A stretch of 26,786 bases of DNA from Lama guanicoe. Lineage: Eukaryota. Of this stretch, positions 10,590 through 24,552 are shown in pieces; positions within the stretch are counted from its first letter, which is position 1; every line of letters begins with the position of its first letter. The notes under the pieces are model-generated. The model ran no database searches. It was not told the origin of the DNA and worked only from the letters and a program-made list of their open reading frames with translations. Location of the stretch: the NCBI GenBank assembly GCA_013239625.1, contig MU053559.1, forward strand, positions 1,813,003 through 1,839,788, read 5' to 3'. Made by a program: the position numbers and the translations under genes.

Positions 10590-11279
10590 CCAAAAAAAGT
10601 TTAGGAAAAAAACACTTTCTTTATCTACTTGTTACTCTGGGAACTGCCCCTCATCTTTTTTTCTTTTCCCTCTCAGAGAAGATTGTTTAAATACATAGAC
10701 TCATCTTGCTTTTTCTATTTCTTCACTTCCAGTTCACTTTGCTTTTTCATCACGTTTAAAATAATGGAAGTAAGTCCACATTTTGTGTTCTCACCTGCAT
10801 AAAAAATAGTATCCAAAACACCCTACTTCTTCTCCCCCCAGGACCACATTCTTCCCCAGAGATGCCCACTGTGAACAGTTTGGTGATAACGAGCTATAGA
10901 TGCATTTAGTCAGTTTCACTGAAAATAGATACATAAGTAGCGGTGTGTGTGGTTTACCACAAACGCGGTCATAGTCCCGTACCTGTCCTGCTTTCCCCAC
11001 CTGGTTATATTCCGGGTGTTGTTCCCCATCAGTATATAAAGGTTCTTTCAGTTCCTACCTCCTGGTATGGCTGTATCATTGAACTATTCCTCTATTCATA
11101 GATATTTGGGTTTTTAGTTTTTATACCATGATTAACAGAACCTCAACAACAGCTATTTGCTCAGTAGTACACGAATTGTGGAAGTTTCACATGGAAATCA
11201 GATTTCTGACTGAAAGGTATTCACACTTTAAATTTCTCCTCCCAAATCCTTCATAGTTACTGCTTTCATTAATTTTTAG

Positions 11280-11480
11280 AGACCAGAGAATTCCTGTGAT
11301 CCAATTTTCCAGGCTTTTGTAAGATGGAAAGACACCCAGTTCATTTTCTGAACTCACTTAATTTTAAATTCGATGAAGAGATGACAAGAAAGAAAACTAT
11401 AGACCAGCTTCACTTAAGAACATGGATGCCAAAATTTAAAACGTTTTGGAATAGAACGTTAATAAATTGAATTGCACATT
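11280..11480 (+). mobile_element. Old L1 ORF2 fragment
   Basis: 11386-11439 translates KKENYRPASLKNMDAKI*, matching the L1 ORF2 motif KKENYRPISLMNIDAKIL. Confidence 0.75.
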
Positions 11481-11722
11481 TTTAAAGTAATGCATGCACA
11501 CAGTAAAAATTTCAAGCAAAAAAGTTTGTTCAAGTAAAAAATTATTCTCCCTCTCCCCATGTCCCCATGTCTCCTTCTTCAGTGTTCTATACATTCTTCC
11601 AGAAATCATGTATGCATATACACTAGATATGACTCTCTTTAAGAAAAATTTTTATATAAATTAGAACACATTCTTGTTCTTTTCTTAATGATCATTCCAT
11701 TGCACTAGTACATAGCTTGTCC

Positions 11723-12116
11723 CAGGGATCCTATACCGTGGCGCTGTTGCCATCTTGGGCCACATTATTCTTCATTGTTTGGGACTGTCCTGTGAACATC
11801 TGTAGCAGCTTCCCTGGCCTCTACCCTCTAAATGCCAGTAGAACTCCCTCCCCCAGTTTTGACCATCAAAATGTCTCTCAATAGATGAACAAGATTTTAC
11901 TATATAGCACAGGGAAATATATACAAGATCTTGCGATAGCTCACAGTGAAAGGGTTTGCTATAATGAATATATGTATGTTCATGTATGGCTGAAAAATTG
12001 TGCTCTACAAAGTTGTGACACAACATTGTAAACTGATTATAACTCAATAAAAAAATGTCTCTCAACATTGCCACATATCTCTTGGGGGACAAAATTACCG
12101 AAGGTTTAAAACCAGG
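11723..12116. mobile_element. MER20 hAT-Charlie DNA transposon, split by an L1 3' fragment
   Basis: gggactgtcctgtg...agcagcttccctggcctctaccctctaaatgccagtag...aaaatgtctc|cattgcca...gggggacaaaatt matches the recalled MER20 consensus on both sides of the insertion. Confidence 0.85.
11882..12051 (+). mobile_element. 5'-truncated L1 3' end
   Basis: tatatagcacagggaaatatatacaag...acaacattgtaaactgattataactcaataaaa; exact 14-bp TSD aaaatgtctctcaa at 11868-11881 and 12052-12065. Confidence 0.9.
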
Positions 12117-12726
12117 CATCTACCTCGTTTACAAAAATGGCCACTTGACATTCTATTGGATGGAAAAAAACAAACGGTATTTATCTTTCTCCTGGTGATG
12201 TACACTTAGGCTATTTCTAGCCTTTTGCTACTATAAACAATGTAGCAGTGAATATCCATGAACCTTCTAGTTTGTATACACTTGAGTATTATCTTTCTAG
12301 AAGTGACATTTCTAGGTCAATGGCTATACACAAGTTGAAATTTGATTTAAGATTGTCAAATTGCCCTCCAAATAGCACAGACTGGCTTGCACTCCTAGCA
12401 ACAGTTTGATGCCTTTCCCCATAAACAGGCAATCACAGTGATTTTCGCCATTGTGAGGGGAGAAAAGAGTGGTGCATTTTAATTTGCATTTCTTGAATTG
12501 AGTGTCTTTTCACATTTCGAATGCCATTTGTACTTTTCCCTTTCAGATGTTTATTGTAAGTTGTTTGCCCATTTTCGTCTTGGGTGTGGAATTACCTTGA
12601 TTGCTGATTGCTAGCTCTTTATGTTAATAAGTCAATTAGACCTCTGTTGTGTATGTTGTAAATATTTTTTCATGGTTTATCATTTGATTTGGCTTATGTA
12701 TCTTGGAGAGGAGACACTTAAATTTT

Positions 12727-12955
12727 CATATGTATATTTTTATTGAAGTATAGTCAGTTTACAATGTGCCAATTTCTGGTGTACAGCACAATGCTTCAGT
12801 CATACATAAACATACGTATATGTGTTTTCATATTCTTTTCTACCATAAGTTACTACAAGATATTGAATATAGTTCCCCGTGCTATACAGTATGAACTTAT
12901 TTATCTATTTTATGTATATCAGTATCTGCAAACCTCGAACTCCCAATTTATCCCT
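12727..12955 (-). mobile_element. 5'-truncated L1 3' end
   Basis: tttattgaagtatagtcagtttacaatgt...gatattgaatatagttccccgtgctatacag; exact 15-bp TSD agacacttaaatttt at 12712-12726 and 12956-12970. Confidence 0.9.
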
Positions 12956-13089
12956 AGACACTTAAATTTTTAAAATGTGGTCAGATTTCACAATCTTTAG
13001 TGGCTTCTGGATTTCATGTATTGCTTAAAAAGGCTTCTGTGAGTCAAGATTATAAAAATGTCACTTTAATTATGTGGAAAAGGAGTGGT

Positions 13090-13560
13090 TAATGAATGAT
13101 GGTGGCAGAATTGAGTCTCCATCTGGCTGGAAACAAAGCTAGGCTCTTCTGCATCATATAAGAGTAAAAACACCAGACTGATTAAGGAACTGTACAACTA
13201 AATCACTGTGCTATACAGGAGAAATTAATATAACATTGTAAATCGACTATACTTCAATAAAAAAGAACTACATACATATTTGAGGAATTAGATGAAAATA
13301 CAAGAGGATATTTGTATAGATGACCTTGCTCAGTGCAAGAAATATTTTTAACAGGGATGCAAAACCCAGAAACCATAAAGAGAAAGGTTAGTCAGATTAG
13401 ACTACATTATAATGTTAACATCTGTACAGTCAAAAGGCATTTTGAGGCTGAAAATACATTCAGTGCATATGGTATACAGAGGATTTATATACAGAAAATG
13501 CAAACTGATGATATAAAAAAGACCAAAAACATGATAGAAAAATAGTCAGATAGATGGGAC
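13090..13560 (+). mobile_element. Old L1M ORF2 fragment, interrupted by a short younger L1 3' end (about 13191-13264)
   Basis: A-rich with L1 ORF2-like motifs (gaaaatacaagagga...gacctt, aaacccagaaaccataaagagaaag...ttagactacatt); the inner piece ends acattgtaaatcgactatacttcaataaaa flanked by aaggaact/aaagaact. Confidence 0.65.
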
Positions 13561-14092
13561 AGGCCATCTATAAAAAAGAAGGATGATGACATAAGGAAAG
13601 TTTACCCTCCCTAGTTTTCAAGACTAAGGAACAGGACTCATTTTTATTCTTCCTTTTCCGTTGCATTCTAAGAAATGAAACCTGTCTCAGCCCTTCTACT
13701 ACTAACTGTTTGCCTTCCAGGTAGGTGTAGGTGTGTGTATATATGTGTGTGTTTGTGTTGTGTGTGTGTATACAAAAAAAAATCTTTGCACGGGTTGTTT
13801 TTAATGAAAATACGCTCCTCCTAGGCATACTCTGAATTTTGCTTTTTTTTTCATTTAACAAAAATATATCAGACATCCTTTCATGTTAGCTAATTTTTAT
13901 AACAGCCATTTTGGAGTACAGCCGTAACAGTTTATTTAACCACGCTGCCATCCTCCCAGCCTAGATGCAGTTTGTTGACTATCAGGGGTCATCTTATCAG
14001 AAGTAAGGTCACCTGGTAATATAGCTGTCAAGTCACCATTCTTGGATTCTCAGGAACACAGGATATTGAGGGTCATCTAATTAGTTAAATTA

Positions 14093-14435
14093 TTTTTTTA
14101 AAATCGAAGTATGGTCAATTATAATGTGTCAGTTTCTGGCATACAGCATAATATTTCACTCGTACATACATTATTCGTTTTCATATTCTTTTTCATTATA
14201 GGTTACTATAAGATATTGAACATAGTTCTCTGTGCTATACAGTAAGTCCTTACTGTTTATCTATTTTATATATAGTAGGGGGTATCTGTTAATCCCAAAC
14301 TCCTAATTTATCCCCCTTACCCCTTTCTCCTTTGGTAACCAGAGTTTGTTTTCTATGTCTGTGAGTCTATTTCTGATTTGTAAATAAATGGATGTATGTC
14401 ATTTTTTTTAGATTCCATGTATAAGTGATATCACT
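14093..14435 (-). mobile_element. L1 3' UTR fragment
   Basis: Homologous to 12727-12955; extends to tttagattccatgtataagtgatatca, the reverse of the L1 ORF2 terminus. Confidence 0.85.
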
Positions 14436-14698
14436 TCTATTTCTGTTGCTATGAATCTTTTGTCCATTCTATTGAGTTGTCTTTTCTTAGCTGACATTGA
14501 AAAATCTAGGGTAAAATCCTACAAAGGGCACTGCTGTGTTAAAGGTTACTTGCCATGTATATTTTGATGTATATTACTCAGTTGCTCTTTCCTCTCCCCA
14601 GAAGGCAGTCAACAGTTTATAACTTCTTTGGTGTTTTTCTACACATTTGCCTGCACTAGGTATTAACAACCTTTTTAACATTTAAGAAGCTGAAGGGT

Positions 14699-14958
14699 AT
14701 CACTAAGTACTGGAGATCTAATGCCCAGCATCATGATTGTAATCAACAGTACTGTGTTATAAACTTTAAAGTTGCTAAGAGACTAGATCTTCATTATTCT
14801 CACCACACAAAAGAAATGATGACTGTGTGACATGATAGAGACACTGTTCGCTAAGGCTGCAGGCATAATCATATTGCAAAATATAAATGTATCAAATCAA
14901 CATGTTGTCCACCTTAAACTTACACCATGTTATATGTCAATTATATCTCAATAAGAAA
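14699..14958 (+). mobile_element. L1MA/L1MB-type 3' end
   Basis: ctggagatctaatg...aaagttgctaagagactagatctt...ttctcaccacac...caccttaaacttacac...ttatatgtcaattatatctcaataa; imperfect TSD aagaagctgaagggt (14684-14698) / aagaatctgaaaggt (14959-14973). Confidence 0.85.
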
Positions 14959-16704
14959 AAGAATCTGAAAGGTGATATAGTATACTATTATAATTTTATT
15001 TCCCATTCCTCCGGTTATACTATATTAGGTTGTGGTCTTTTTCTTAAAGACTTCTTAGAATTTTAGTGTGTGAAGGAAATTAGATCATGGTAATGTATTT
15101 TACGTTTTTTTTTTACCACTTTGATATTGATGTTTGAGAATTTCAAAAATTATTTTCTTTCTGCTGTTTAGAAATTTCTAATGTCTGGGTAGTCAAGTTT
15201 ATCAGTCTTTAGCTGTGTGTCTTCCAAATTTGGGGATGGCTTAGAAAGACTTTTGCTGCTCTAAAATTATAAAAACTTTTAACTACTAATTTTATAACTC
15301 TCTTGCACACATTTAAATCTCTAATCCACTGGAAATTTATTTTGGAGTTCGGAGTGAGATAGCCCTAATCCAGTTTTATGGTATGTTTTTTCCCCATATA
15401 AATACCTAGCCAGATTTTGCTAATGACTTCTTTTCTACAATGATTTGAGATACTTTTACTATGAACTAAATTCTGACCCTGTATGTGTAGGATCTGTTAG
15501 TGTTTTTTTTTTAACTATCTTCATTGTCATTACTGAAGTATAACACTGAGTGTAGTATTAATAAAACTCTTCTCATTTGGGAAATCTGACCTTGAGTTAA
15601 CCTAGTTTTAGGTTTGCATCATTGGAAACCCAATAATGGCAGCTGTATTATCAGGTGTTGTTACTTATGATAACAATGACTCCTGATTAAACCAACTGCA
15701 TCTGGACTGGGAGGACTGTGCATAACTAAATAGCTGGTGGGAAGCCACAGATTTTTTTTCTGAGTCCAATGTAACTCTTACAACTGGGCACGTCCTTTGC
15801 CAGGACCCCGTAAGACATGCCCGGGGGCCTGTTACAAGAGATACTGGTATATGGAGAGGCTTCCAGCTGCCAGATCCCACCTGCACTCAGCAGTGTGGTC
15901 TTGTTCCTGGGCACCTCAACTATCACAAGGAGAGAGGGTCGGGCAGGAGGAGCTAATAGCTCCTGGACTGCACCGAGAACTCCTCCTGCTGGCGACACAT
16001 GCCTGTTACTGCCCTTTGTCACACTGTTTCCTGTCTCTGCAAAGCTGAGTAAACTGGTGTGACATATGCCTCGTGGGTGCAAAACATCTCCCTGAATTGA
16101 AGGCCACCAAGTGTGGGTGGGGCGGGAGGGGAGCCAGGGTGTAAATAGGTGGGTTATTGCTCTCTGATAGGAATTTGGGCACTTAGAGAAGTAAATTCTT
16201 GTTTGGTGGTGACAAGACCAAATGCAAAGGCTAGTTACTGTCCTGTTCTTCGCCTCATGATTGATTGGTGAGGATTAGCCCTGTTGGTCATGATTGAGTA
16301 GCTGTGTTTAGAACTGTTTGTTCTAGATCTGCAGCGAACTGGCTTCTTCCTCTTCTGGGTTCCCTGCCCTACCTCCGTCATTGCCCCTGGAAGGCAGCTC
16401 TCCCTCCTCCCGTTTCATGTATGAGTTTGTCAGTGTTGTTTTTCTCCCTCTACCAGCCTGCAGCTCCTTCCATTAAGGAGGTGTTTGTATTTATTAACCT
16501 TTCTCTCCTCAGAACTTACCAGTTTGGTCTCTAGTCAATAAACGTGTTGGAAGAAGGAATTTCCAGGCTAAGATACTTCTAACACTCCATCTCTTTCTCC
16601 TTAGAGTTTAAAATAATTTTAGTTACATAAGCACCTTATATACTACACTGTGTTGAACTGTGGGTGGTGAACAGCATCAGAACAACTACACAGAGAAAGG
16701 CAAT

Positions 16705-16905
16705 GCAGTGTCCAAAACTGTGTGCGCGGAAACCAGCCTGCGTGGATTTTAAGCCCTAATTCCTAGCTGTGTGACCCTGGCAGGTGACCTTACACTCCAT
16801 GAGCCTTACTGTCCTGTCCTCAGCTGTCAGGGTTTTCCTGGGTGGTGGGGAGGATTGAAATCTTTCTCCATGTGAAGGACGTAGGGTGCGCAGAGTGGGC
16901 ATTTG
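16705..16905 (+). mobile_element. MIR SINE, diverged
   Basis: ttcctagctgtgtgaccctggcaggtgaccttacactccatgagcct...gggaggattgaaa resembles the MIR core. Confidence 0.6.
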
Positions 16906-16968
16906 ATGTGACATACTGTCTTGTTCCCTGGGTCGATCACTGGGCTAAACAGGAGTGCACTGTTGCAG

Positions 16969-17089
16969 GAAATGTTGACCCTCAGGGATGTATCTGTGGA
17001 CTTCATCCTGGAGGACTGGCAGCTACTGGATGCCGCTCAGAAGACTTCTGCAGGGATGTCACGCTGGAGAATCAGAGCTCAGTCTGTTG
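16969..17089 (+). pseudogene. Disrupted KRAB-A exon of the plus-strand gene (KRBOX4/ZNF673-like by position)
   Basis: Acceptor ttgcag ends at 16968; frame 1 reads EMLTLRDVSVDFILEDWQLLDAAQK, a shifted frame continues FCRDVTLENQS, and SVG returns in frame 1; 121 nt against the usual 127; no GT after 17089. Confidence 0.88.
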
Positions 17090-17099
17090 GGCTTATTTC

Positions 17100-17417
17100 T
17101 TTTCACTTCTCGTCTCCATGGTCTTGCCATCCAAGTCCCACTCTCTTAGCTCTGGGTTCCCTCAAGTTCTAGAAGCCAGCTGCAATTCCATGCCACATGG
17201 ACCTCCTCAGCATGAGTGCTTACTTCATCAGGACAGCAAGGAAAATTTCTCTCAAGTCTGCTCAGATGGAGTCTCATGTAACAGTCACGGGAGTGACATC
17301 CTATACCTTTGCCATAATCTGTTGGCTGAAAGCAAGTCTCAGTTCTGCCCACACTCAAGGCGGGGAAGATTATATAGGGCATAAATCATTGGAATCACTT
17401 AGTCTGTGCCTGATACA
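17100..17417 (-). mobile_element. MLT1-type (ERVL-MaLR) LTR fragment
   Basis: gccacatggacctc...cacgggagtgacatcc...ttgccata...aagcaagtc...ctgcccacactcaagg resembles reverse MLT1E/F. Confidence 0.75.
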
Positions 17418-19071
17418 ACTGCTGACATCAGGACAAGGTGAATATGGGAGTTCACAAACATCACAGTGAATAGAGCTTTCTATTTGGAGTCAGAGATCAG
17501 TTTGGTCTCATTACTCAGACTTTCGACCATTTGCTACAGCTCTCCTCACCTGTAAAATCTGTTAGCTGGTAATTTATGCCACAAAGGATTTTGTGGCTAC
17601 AGAGTAGAGAACTATGAAGACACTTACTTTTCTCCAAAAAAAAAAATCGCCTACAGATATTAAAATCACAGGATACCCATTCTCTAGATGCAAAATATAT
17701 ACTCAAAACCATACACTCAGATAACCACATGGAAAACAAATAGGCAGTATGTATACATATGTGAAAAATGGGGTCATTTTAAGAGGAGAATGAGGTCATC
17801 TATTAATGACAAAGCTGAACTAGAAAGTGGATGGGAAGACAAAATTAAGTATGCACAAGATCAAACATTTTGTTGGTAGTTTCTGGAGACTACGTTCAAA
17901 AAGTTAAAAAAAAATCATCAATAATCCTAATACCCAAATGATAATCTGCTTAATAATTCGGTGTTTCCTTCCTAGCTTTTTGTTCGATGTGTACAAATAC
18001 ATGTGCATATAATTTTACTCAGCATAAAACTATTTTTCTGCTACCCAGAATCACTGATATAATGGTGCATATCCATCCTTGATTTTTTTTTTACAATGTG
18101 AATCACGTGGTACATTGTTTTATAGTGTTTTTTCACTTAACCAGTTACCATGAACATTTCCCCAAATCTTCAAATGTAACTTTTAATTAGTGTATACTAT
18201 TTTACCTTATTGATATGTCAATTTTTAATCAATTGACTATTGGATATTCAGTTTTATTCTTTTTTTCTATTTTAAATAATATGGCATTATAGGACATAAT
18301 CTGAAAATTAAATTATATTGACACATAAAATGAGGCATAAAATGTAACCATAAAATTATTACTCTTTCTGAAAAGACAAAATATTAAGTTGTAAGCACTG
18401 TTCCTAAGTGAGGTGTGTCAAAGCTTACTATATGCTTTTTCTGTAAGGGGTTTGCATTTCTCCACTGAAGGTGTTGATGGATACGTGTAAGATCTCATGT
18501 TTGAGCGTCTTTGTTTCAGGGATCATGACTCACCCTCGCTCACACCACTTAAAGAAGCAATTTTTCTATTTGCTTAAGAAATGAACAGAGTTTGCTAGGA
18601 TTAATAATTTTATGCTTTATATTGTTCTTTCAAAAATGTCATACTCTACTCCACAGTGAACATGTTTTAATGTTATGATTGCGTGCTTGTTTGCAATTTC
18701 TGCACCTTTCCCACAAAATGTGTGGCATAGAATATGGAACGTATTTCTCATTTATAACAGTTTCCTAAACTCATTAAATTCTTAGCTTTTCTTCAACATA
18801 AATATTCTGATTGGCAATGACATTTAAATTCTTTCTAGTCTTTCCCACATCAATCTATTCACAGTTTTGCCACTTTTGAATTCTCTGATATACAATTCTC
18901 CACTCATACGTAAGAATTCTGGGTCAAAATTGTTAAAAAGTATTAAATGCTTCTGGAATTATATTTTTGTTCCTTTTATTAATTAAATGAACATTAAATA
19001 GTATATGAAGAGTTTTTGATATTGATATTTATAAAGTTACTTCCCAGTATGGTATAACTAATGAAATTATC

Positions 19072-20640
<1,569 letters not shown>

Positions 20641-21229
20641 TCATAAATGTCCTGCTGTGAACTCTGATTAATGGGCTGGAGCTGATACAGATGAACCCTC
20701 CCTATGCTCTACCATCACCACCTCTCTTGTCTGTAAATACAAAGAAATGCTGGCTCATATTTAACAAAAATAATTTAATACCCAGTCAAGCTTTCAAAAC
20801 CATGAAAATAAATCTATTAGATATCAGAAGTGAAGTGGGAATTTAAAGTGATGGGGTGAACAGAGATGGAAGCTTGAGGATTTGCAGGAGGACCCAGACC
20901 ACAGGGCACAAATGTAGGGGAGACTGGAATGTAATTTGTAGGAACAACAGGGAACATCCAGGTTTGTTAAACAGGAACCAGAAAGACTCTCCACTGGTCA
21001 AGGAAATTGGAAAGAAGGATATTATAAGAAATCAAAAGCCTAGTTCTGTAACTCAGTCCAAATGATTATAAGTGTAATACAGAGCTCACAAGCTGAAAAA
21101 CTGAAAATTGTTATTAATAGGTTCCTAGCAGAGGCAAGCTTTCCAAAAGATATATTATGTTTTTATAGCTGAGGGCTCGTAGGATGTCTACGGAATACCA
21201 ATTCTCACTGGAGTTCACAGTAAAAAAAA

Positions 21230-22620
21230 AAAATTAACAACCTCACAAGGAAATGAAACATCATGAGAGAAATTTGGCAGATCCATTTAAAGGTACACTC
21301 ATTCCTAGAACAATAGCCAGTAGAACCATGTGGACTTCAAAATAAATACATTTCAACTATTCAAAGAAACAAGGTAAAAACTAGACTATGGGGGGAAAAA
21401 CCAGGAAAATTATATATAGGCATTATTTTAAAAACTAAATAGAGAGGGTGAACAGTAGACAGAAGTTGAAGTAGTCAAGATAAAGACAGATTTAACAAAT
21501 TAGATGACAGATCTTGAGAAATCATCCAGAATGTAGCATGAAGAGCTAATAATAGAAATATGGTTAAGAGAAATAGTGAAATGATAAGTTCCAAAATAGG
21601 TTTAATAGAAAATCCAAATGGAAGACCAAGAAAATGGGGGAGGGGCAATATGCCCAGAAACAGATTAACAGAGCCACCCTGAGACTGCTGTCCTTAGAAA
21701 GTCCAGCTTGCAAGGTTGGCCCTTGGCTGACATCTGGGAATTTGGAGTTCAGGAATGTCCTCACCGTTCCCTAACTGATATAAGGCTGCTTGTACAAACA
21801 ATGTGATTTAAGTGGAACTTTTCCTTTCCTTTTGGGAATCTGGAATTTTGGTATCCGCTAGGCAGAGCTTATGCATGTGACGGCGCTGAGTCTCTAATGG
21901 GCTTCCCTGGGCATAACCATCACAGACGTGTTGCTGTGTTTCCACTGCTGGGAGAAGTGTGCCCTGTGTGACCCTAGATGGGAGGGAGAGAGCATAAGGA
22001 ACCCTGTACGTGGAGTCCGCCAGACTCTGCTAGTGCCTTTCCCCCTTATGATCCAGTTGTATATTCTTACTGTGTTGCTGTAATAAATCTTAGCTGTAAA
22101 TACAACTATAATCCGAGTCCTGGGACTCCTTCTTGAGAATCTCTGAATGCGCTGCTGATCTTGGGGACCCCAGTCCAGGCAGTATTTGAAGAGACAATGA
22201 CTGACAGTTTTCTGGTATGGAAGAAAGGCATGTATCCTACCCTTGAATGTCCAGAGTCCTGAGTGTGGTAAATAAAAGCAAATCTGCACCTAGACACAGT
22301 TCTGTGTAACTGCAAGGCTTTAAAGTCAGAAAGTATTACAAGCTGCCATGGGGAAATTTAAAAAATCACTGATAAAAAACCCAATTAGATCAATAATAGA
22401 TTTCATCAGCAAAAAAAGAAGCCAAAAGATTAAAGACTATTTTCAAAGTCCTGAGAGAAGCTGTCACCTTAGAACTCTATTCCCAGATAAACTATTGCGA
22501 TGAAAGATGACAAAATAAATTATGTTTTTGGACAGGGAATCTGCCACACACAAAGGCTGTTAAGAATAATATTTGGTATTTGAATTACTCAGGAGGAAAA
22601 TTACCAAAGAGGAAAAAGGC
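21230..22620 (+). mobile_element. Old L1M ORF1-region remnant, interrupted by a MER21 LTR
   Basis: aaattagatgacagatcttgagaaatcatccagaatgtagca, cacctagacaca, ttcaaagtcctgagagaa...ttagaactctattcccag resemble L1 ORF1. Confidence 0.7.
21649..22177 (+). mobile_element. MER21-like solo LTR
   Basis: cttagaaag...gcttgcaaggttggcccttggctg...ctgagtctctaatgggcttccctg...gctgtaataaatcttagc...tcttggggacccc; AATAAA at 22082-22087. Confidence 0.85.
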
Positions 22621-22673
22621 AAGGGGGAGGGTAAGGTAAATCCAGCAAAGGCAGGAAAAAAGAGGTAAAGAAC

Positions 22674-23810
22674 GGAGGAGACAAGGCCAAGATGGCAGAG
22701 TAGTAGGACGCTCGTAGCTCACCCTCTCCCACAGATACACCAAGACTCACATCCACGGACCCACTCAGCCAACCAGAGCACCCGTGGAACTCCGACAGAA
22801 CATCGCCCTCTTCTAAAGACAATAGACACCAAAAATCTGGTAGGAGAAAGGAAAAAAAGAGAAAGACGAAAAGGCAAAACAGTGCTGGACAGGTCCCGCG
22901 GGGAAGGAGCGGCAAAGGAGGACTGGCCCTCGTTCGCTGGGTCTCCCCTCTCCAATGGAGAGGCCAGCGGGACGGAGTGGGAGCCTCTGAGGCTCGGATC
23001 TGTACGGAGCAGCCCTTGATCGACAGAACTAAGTTAAACGGGCACAGAGGGTCCCTGAGACACCCAGCCCGAGACCTGAACTGGGAGCTGGGGGCCGGGA
23101 CAGTCTGCCGGAGCCAGGTGGAGGACGGGGACGGCTGCACTGAGGCAGCCCCGGGGAACTGCGCGCTGTGGATGAGTGCGTGCACAGGGCAGAAGAACCT
23201 GGGCCCTCCATGAAACAGCACGGCTGATGTGCCCTGGGGGTAAGGGTGCATACCTCCATCTCTGAAAACCCACGGAAGGTTTTCGAGGAGGAGAGGCAGG
23301 GCTCAGGCGCTGCCGCCATATCCTCCAGTGCTTGGCACCCAGGCGGGGGCAGGGGAGAAACCTGAGTCTGCGCCTGGGGGCTCGGCAGCCTCAAAGGCCA
23401 GTGACATATTTGCAGCCCGAGTCAGATAGGATCTTTCTGCCCTGGTGCCTCGCAAAGTTCTCGCCGCCAGGACAAACAAGGAGCTGAGTTTGGACATGGA
23501 GCAGGGGCGGGGCTGTTTCACAGTCTTCCCAGGGCCTGCCTGTGGAGCGCCAACACAGGGCGGAGCTGCGGAGCGACCAGCACCAGGGGACAGTGGGTGG
23601 CCCCCCGCCCCAAGGCACAGCGCGCAGAGGGACGGAGCGACCTGCACCAGGAGATGGCAGGTGGCCCCCCCGCCTTTCCAGCAGGAATGCTGTGCTGGGA
23701 GGGGTCGTGATCTGCTTGCTGACAGGCACTGGGAGCAGCACAGATGAGGGCACCACTGAGGAGCCTCTGGAAACAGCAAGCTAAGTTCATGAAATGGCGA
23801 AGACAGAAAG
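22674..23810 (+). promoter_or_regulatory. GC/CpG-rich L1 internal promoter region
   Basis: CCAAGATGGC at 22687-22696 and many retained CpGs. Confidence 0.7.
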
Positions 23811-23816
23811 ACTTCT

Positions 23817-24552
23817 CACTGCTGGTGGGAATGCAGTTTGGTGCAGCCACTGTGGAAAACACTATGGAGATTCCTCAAAAGACTAGAAATAGACTTACCA
23901 TATGACCCAGGAATCCCACTCCTGGGCATATATCCAGAAGGAACCCTACTTCAGGATGACATCTGCACCCCAATGTTCATAGCAGCATTATTTACAATAA
24001 CCAAGACATGGAGACAGCCTAAATGTCCATCAACGGATGACTGGATAAAGAAGATGTGGTATATTTATACAATGGAATACTAGTCAGCCATAAAAACCAA
24101 CATAACGCCATTTGCAGCAACATGGATGTTCCTGGAGAATGTCATTCTAAGTGAAGTAAGCCAGAAAGAGAAAGAAAAATACCATATGAGATCGCTCATA
24201 TGTGGAATCTAAAAANNNNNNNNNNNNNNNNNNNNNNNNNNNNNNNNNNNNNNNNNNNNNNNNNNNNNNNNNNNNNNNNNNNNNNNNNNNNNNNNNNNNN
24301 NNNNNNNNNNNNNNNNNNNNNNNNNNNNNNNNNNNNNNNNNNNNNNNNNNNNNNNNNNNNNNNNNNNNNNNNNNNNNNNNNNNNNNNNNNNNNNNNNNNN
24401 NNNNNNNNNNNNNNNNNNNNNNNNNNNNNNNNNNNNNNNNNNNNNNNNNNNNNNNNNNNNNNNNNNNNNNNNNNNNNNNNNNNNNNNNNNNNNNNNACTG
24501 GAATTTAACATTGTAAAATGATTATAAATCAATAAAAATGTTAAAAAAAAAA
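23817..24552 (+). mobile_element. 5'-truncated L1 (ORF2 C-terminus, 3'UTR, polyA) nested in the host L1 5'UTR
   Basis: [15 protein letters not shown]...WYIYTMEY*SAIK...SLICGI* at 23817-24212 (premature TAG 24081-24083); AATAAA at 24531 and A-run at 24543-24552 after the gap. Confidence 0.85.
24216..24496. other. Assembly gap (281 N)
   Basis: Run of N. Confidence 1.

Noticed and set aside
15780..16420. Moderately GC-rich unique-looking segment with an ATTGG motif, possible fossil promoter or old LTR
   Set aside because: No CpG island, termini or family could be recognised; cannot be supported without a search
17688..17879. Peptide WEDKIKYAQDQTFCW, faintly like a KRAB-ZNF spacer start and well placed to be the last exon of the decayed gene
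   Set aside because: Similarity too weak, no clear acceptor and no fingers follow
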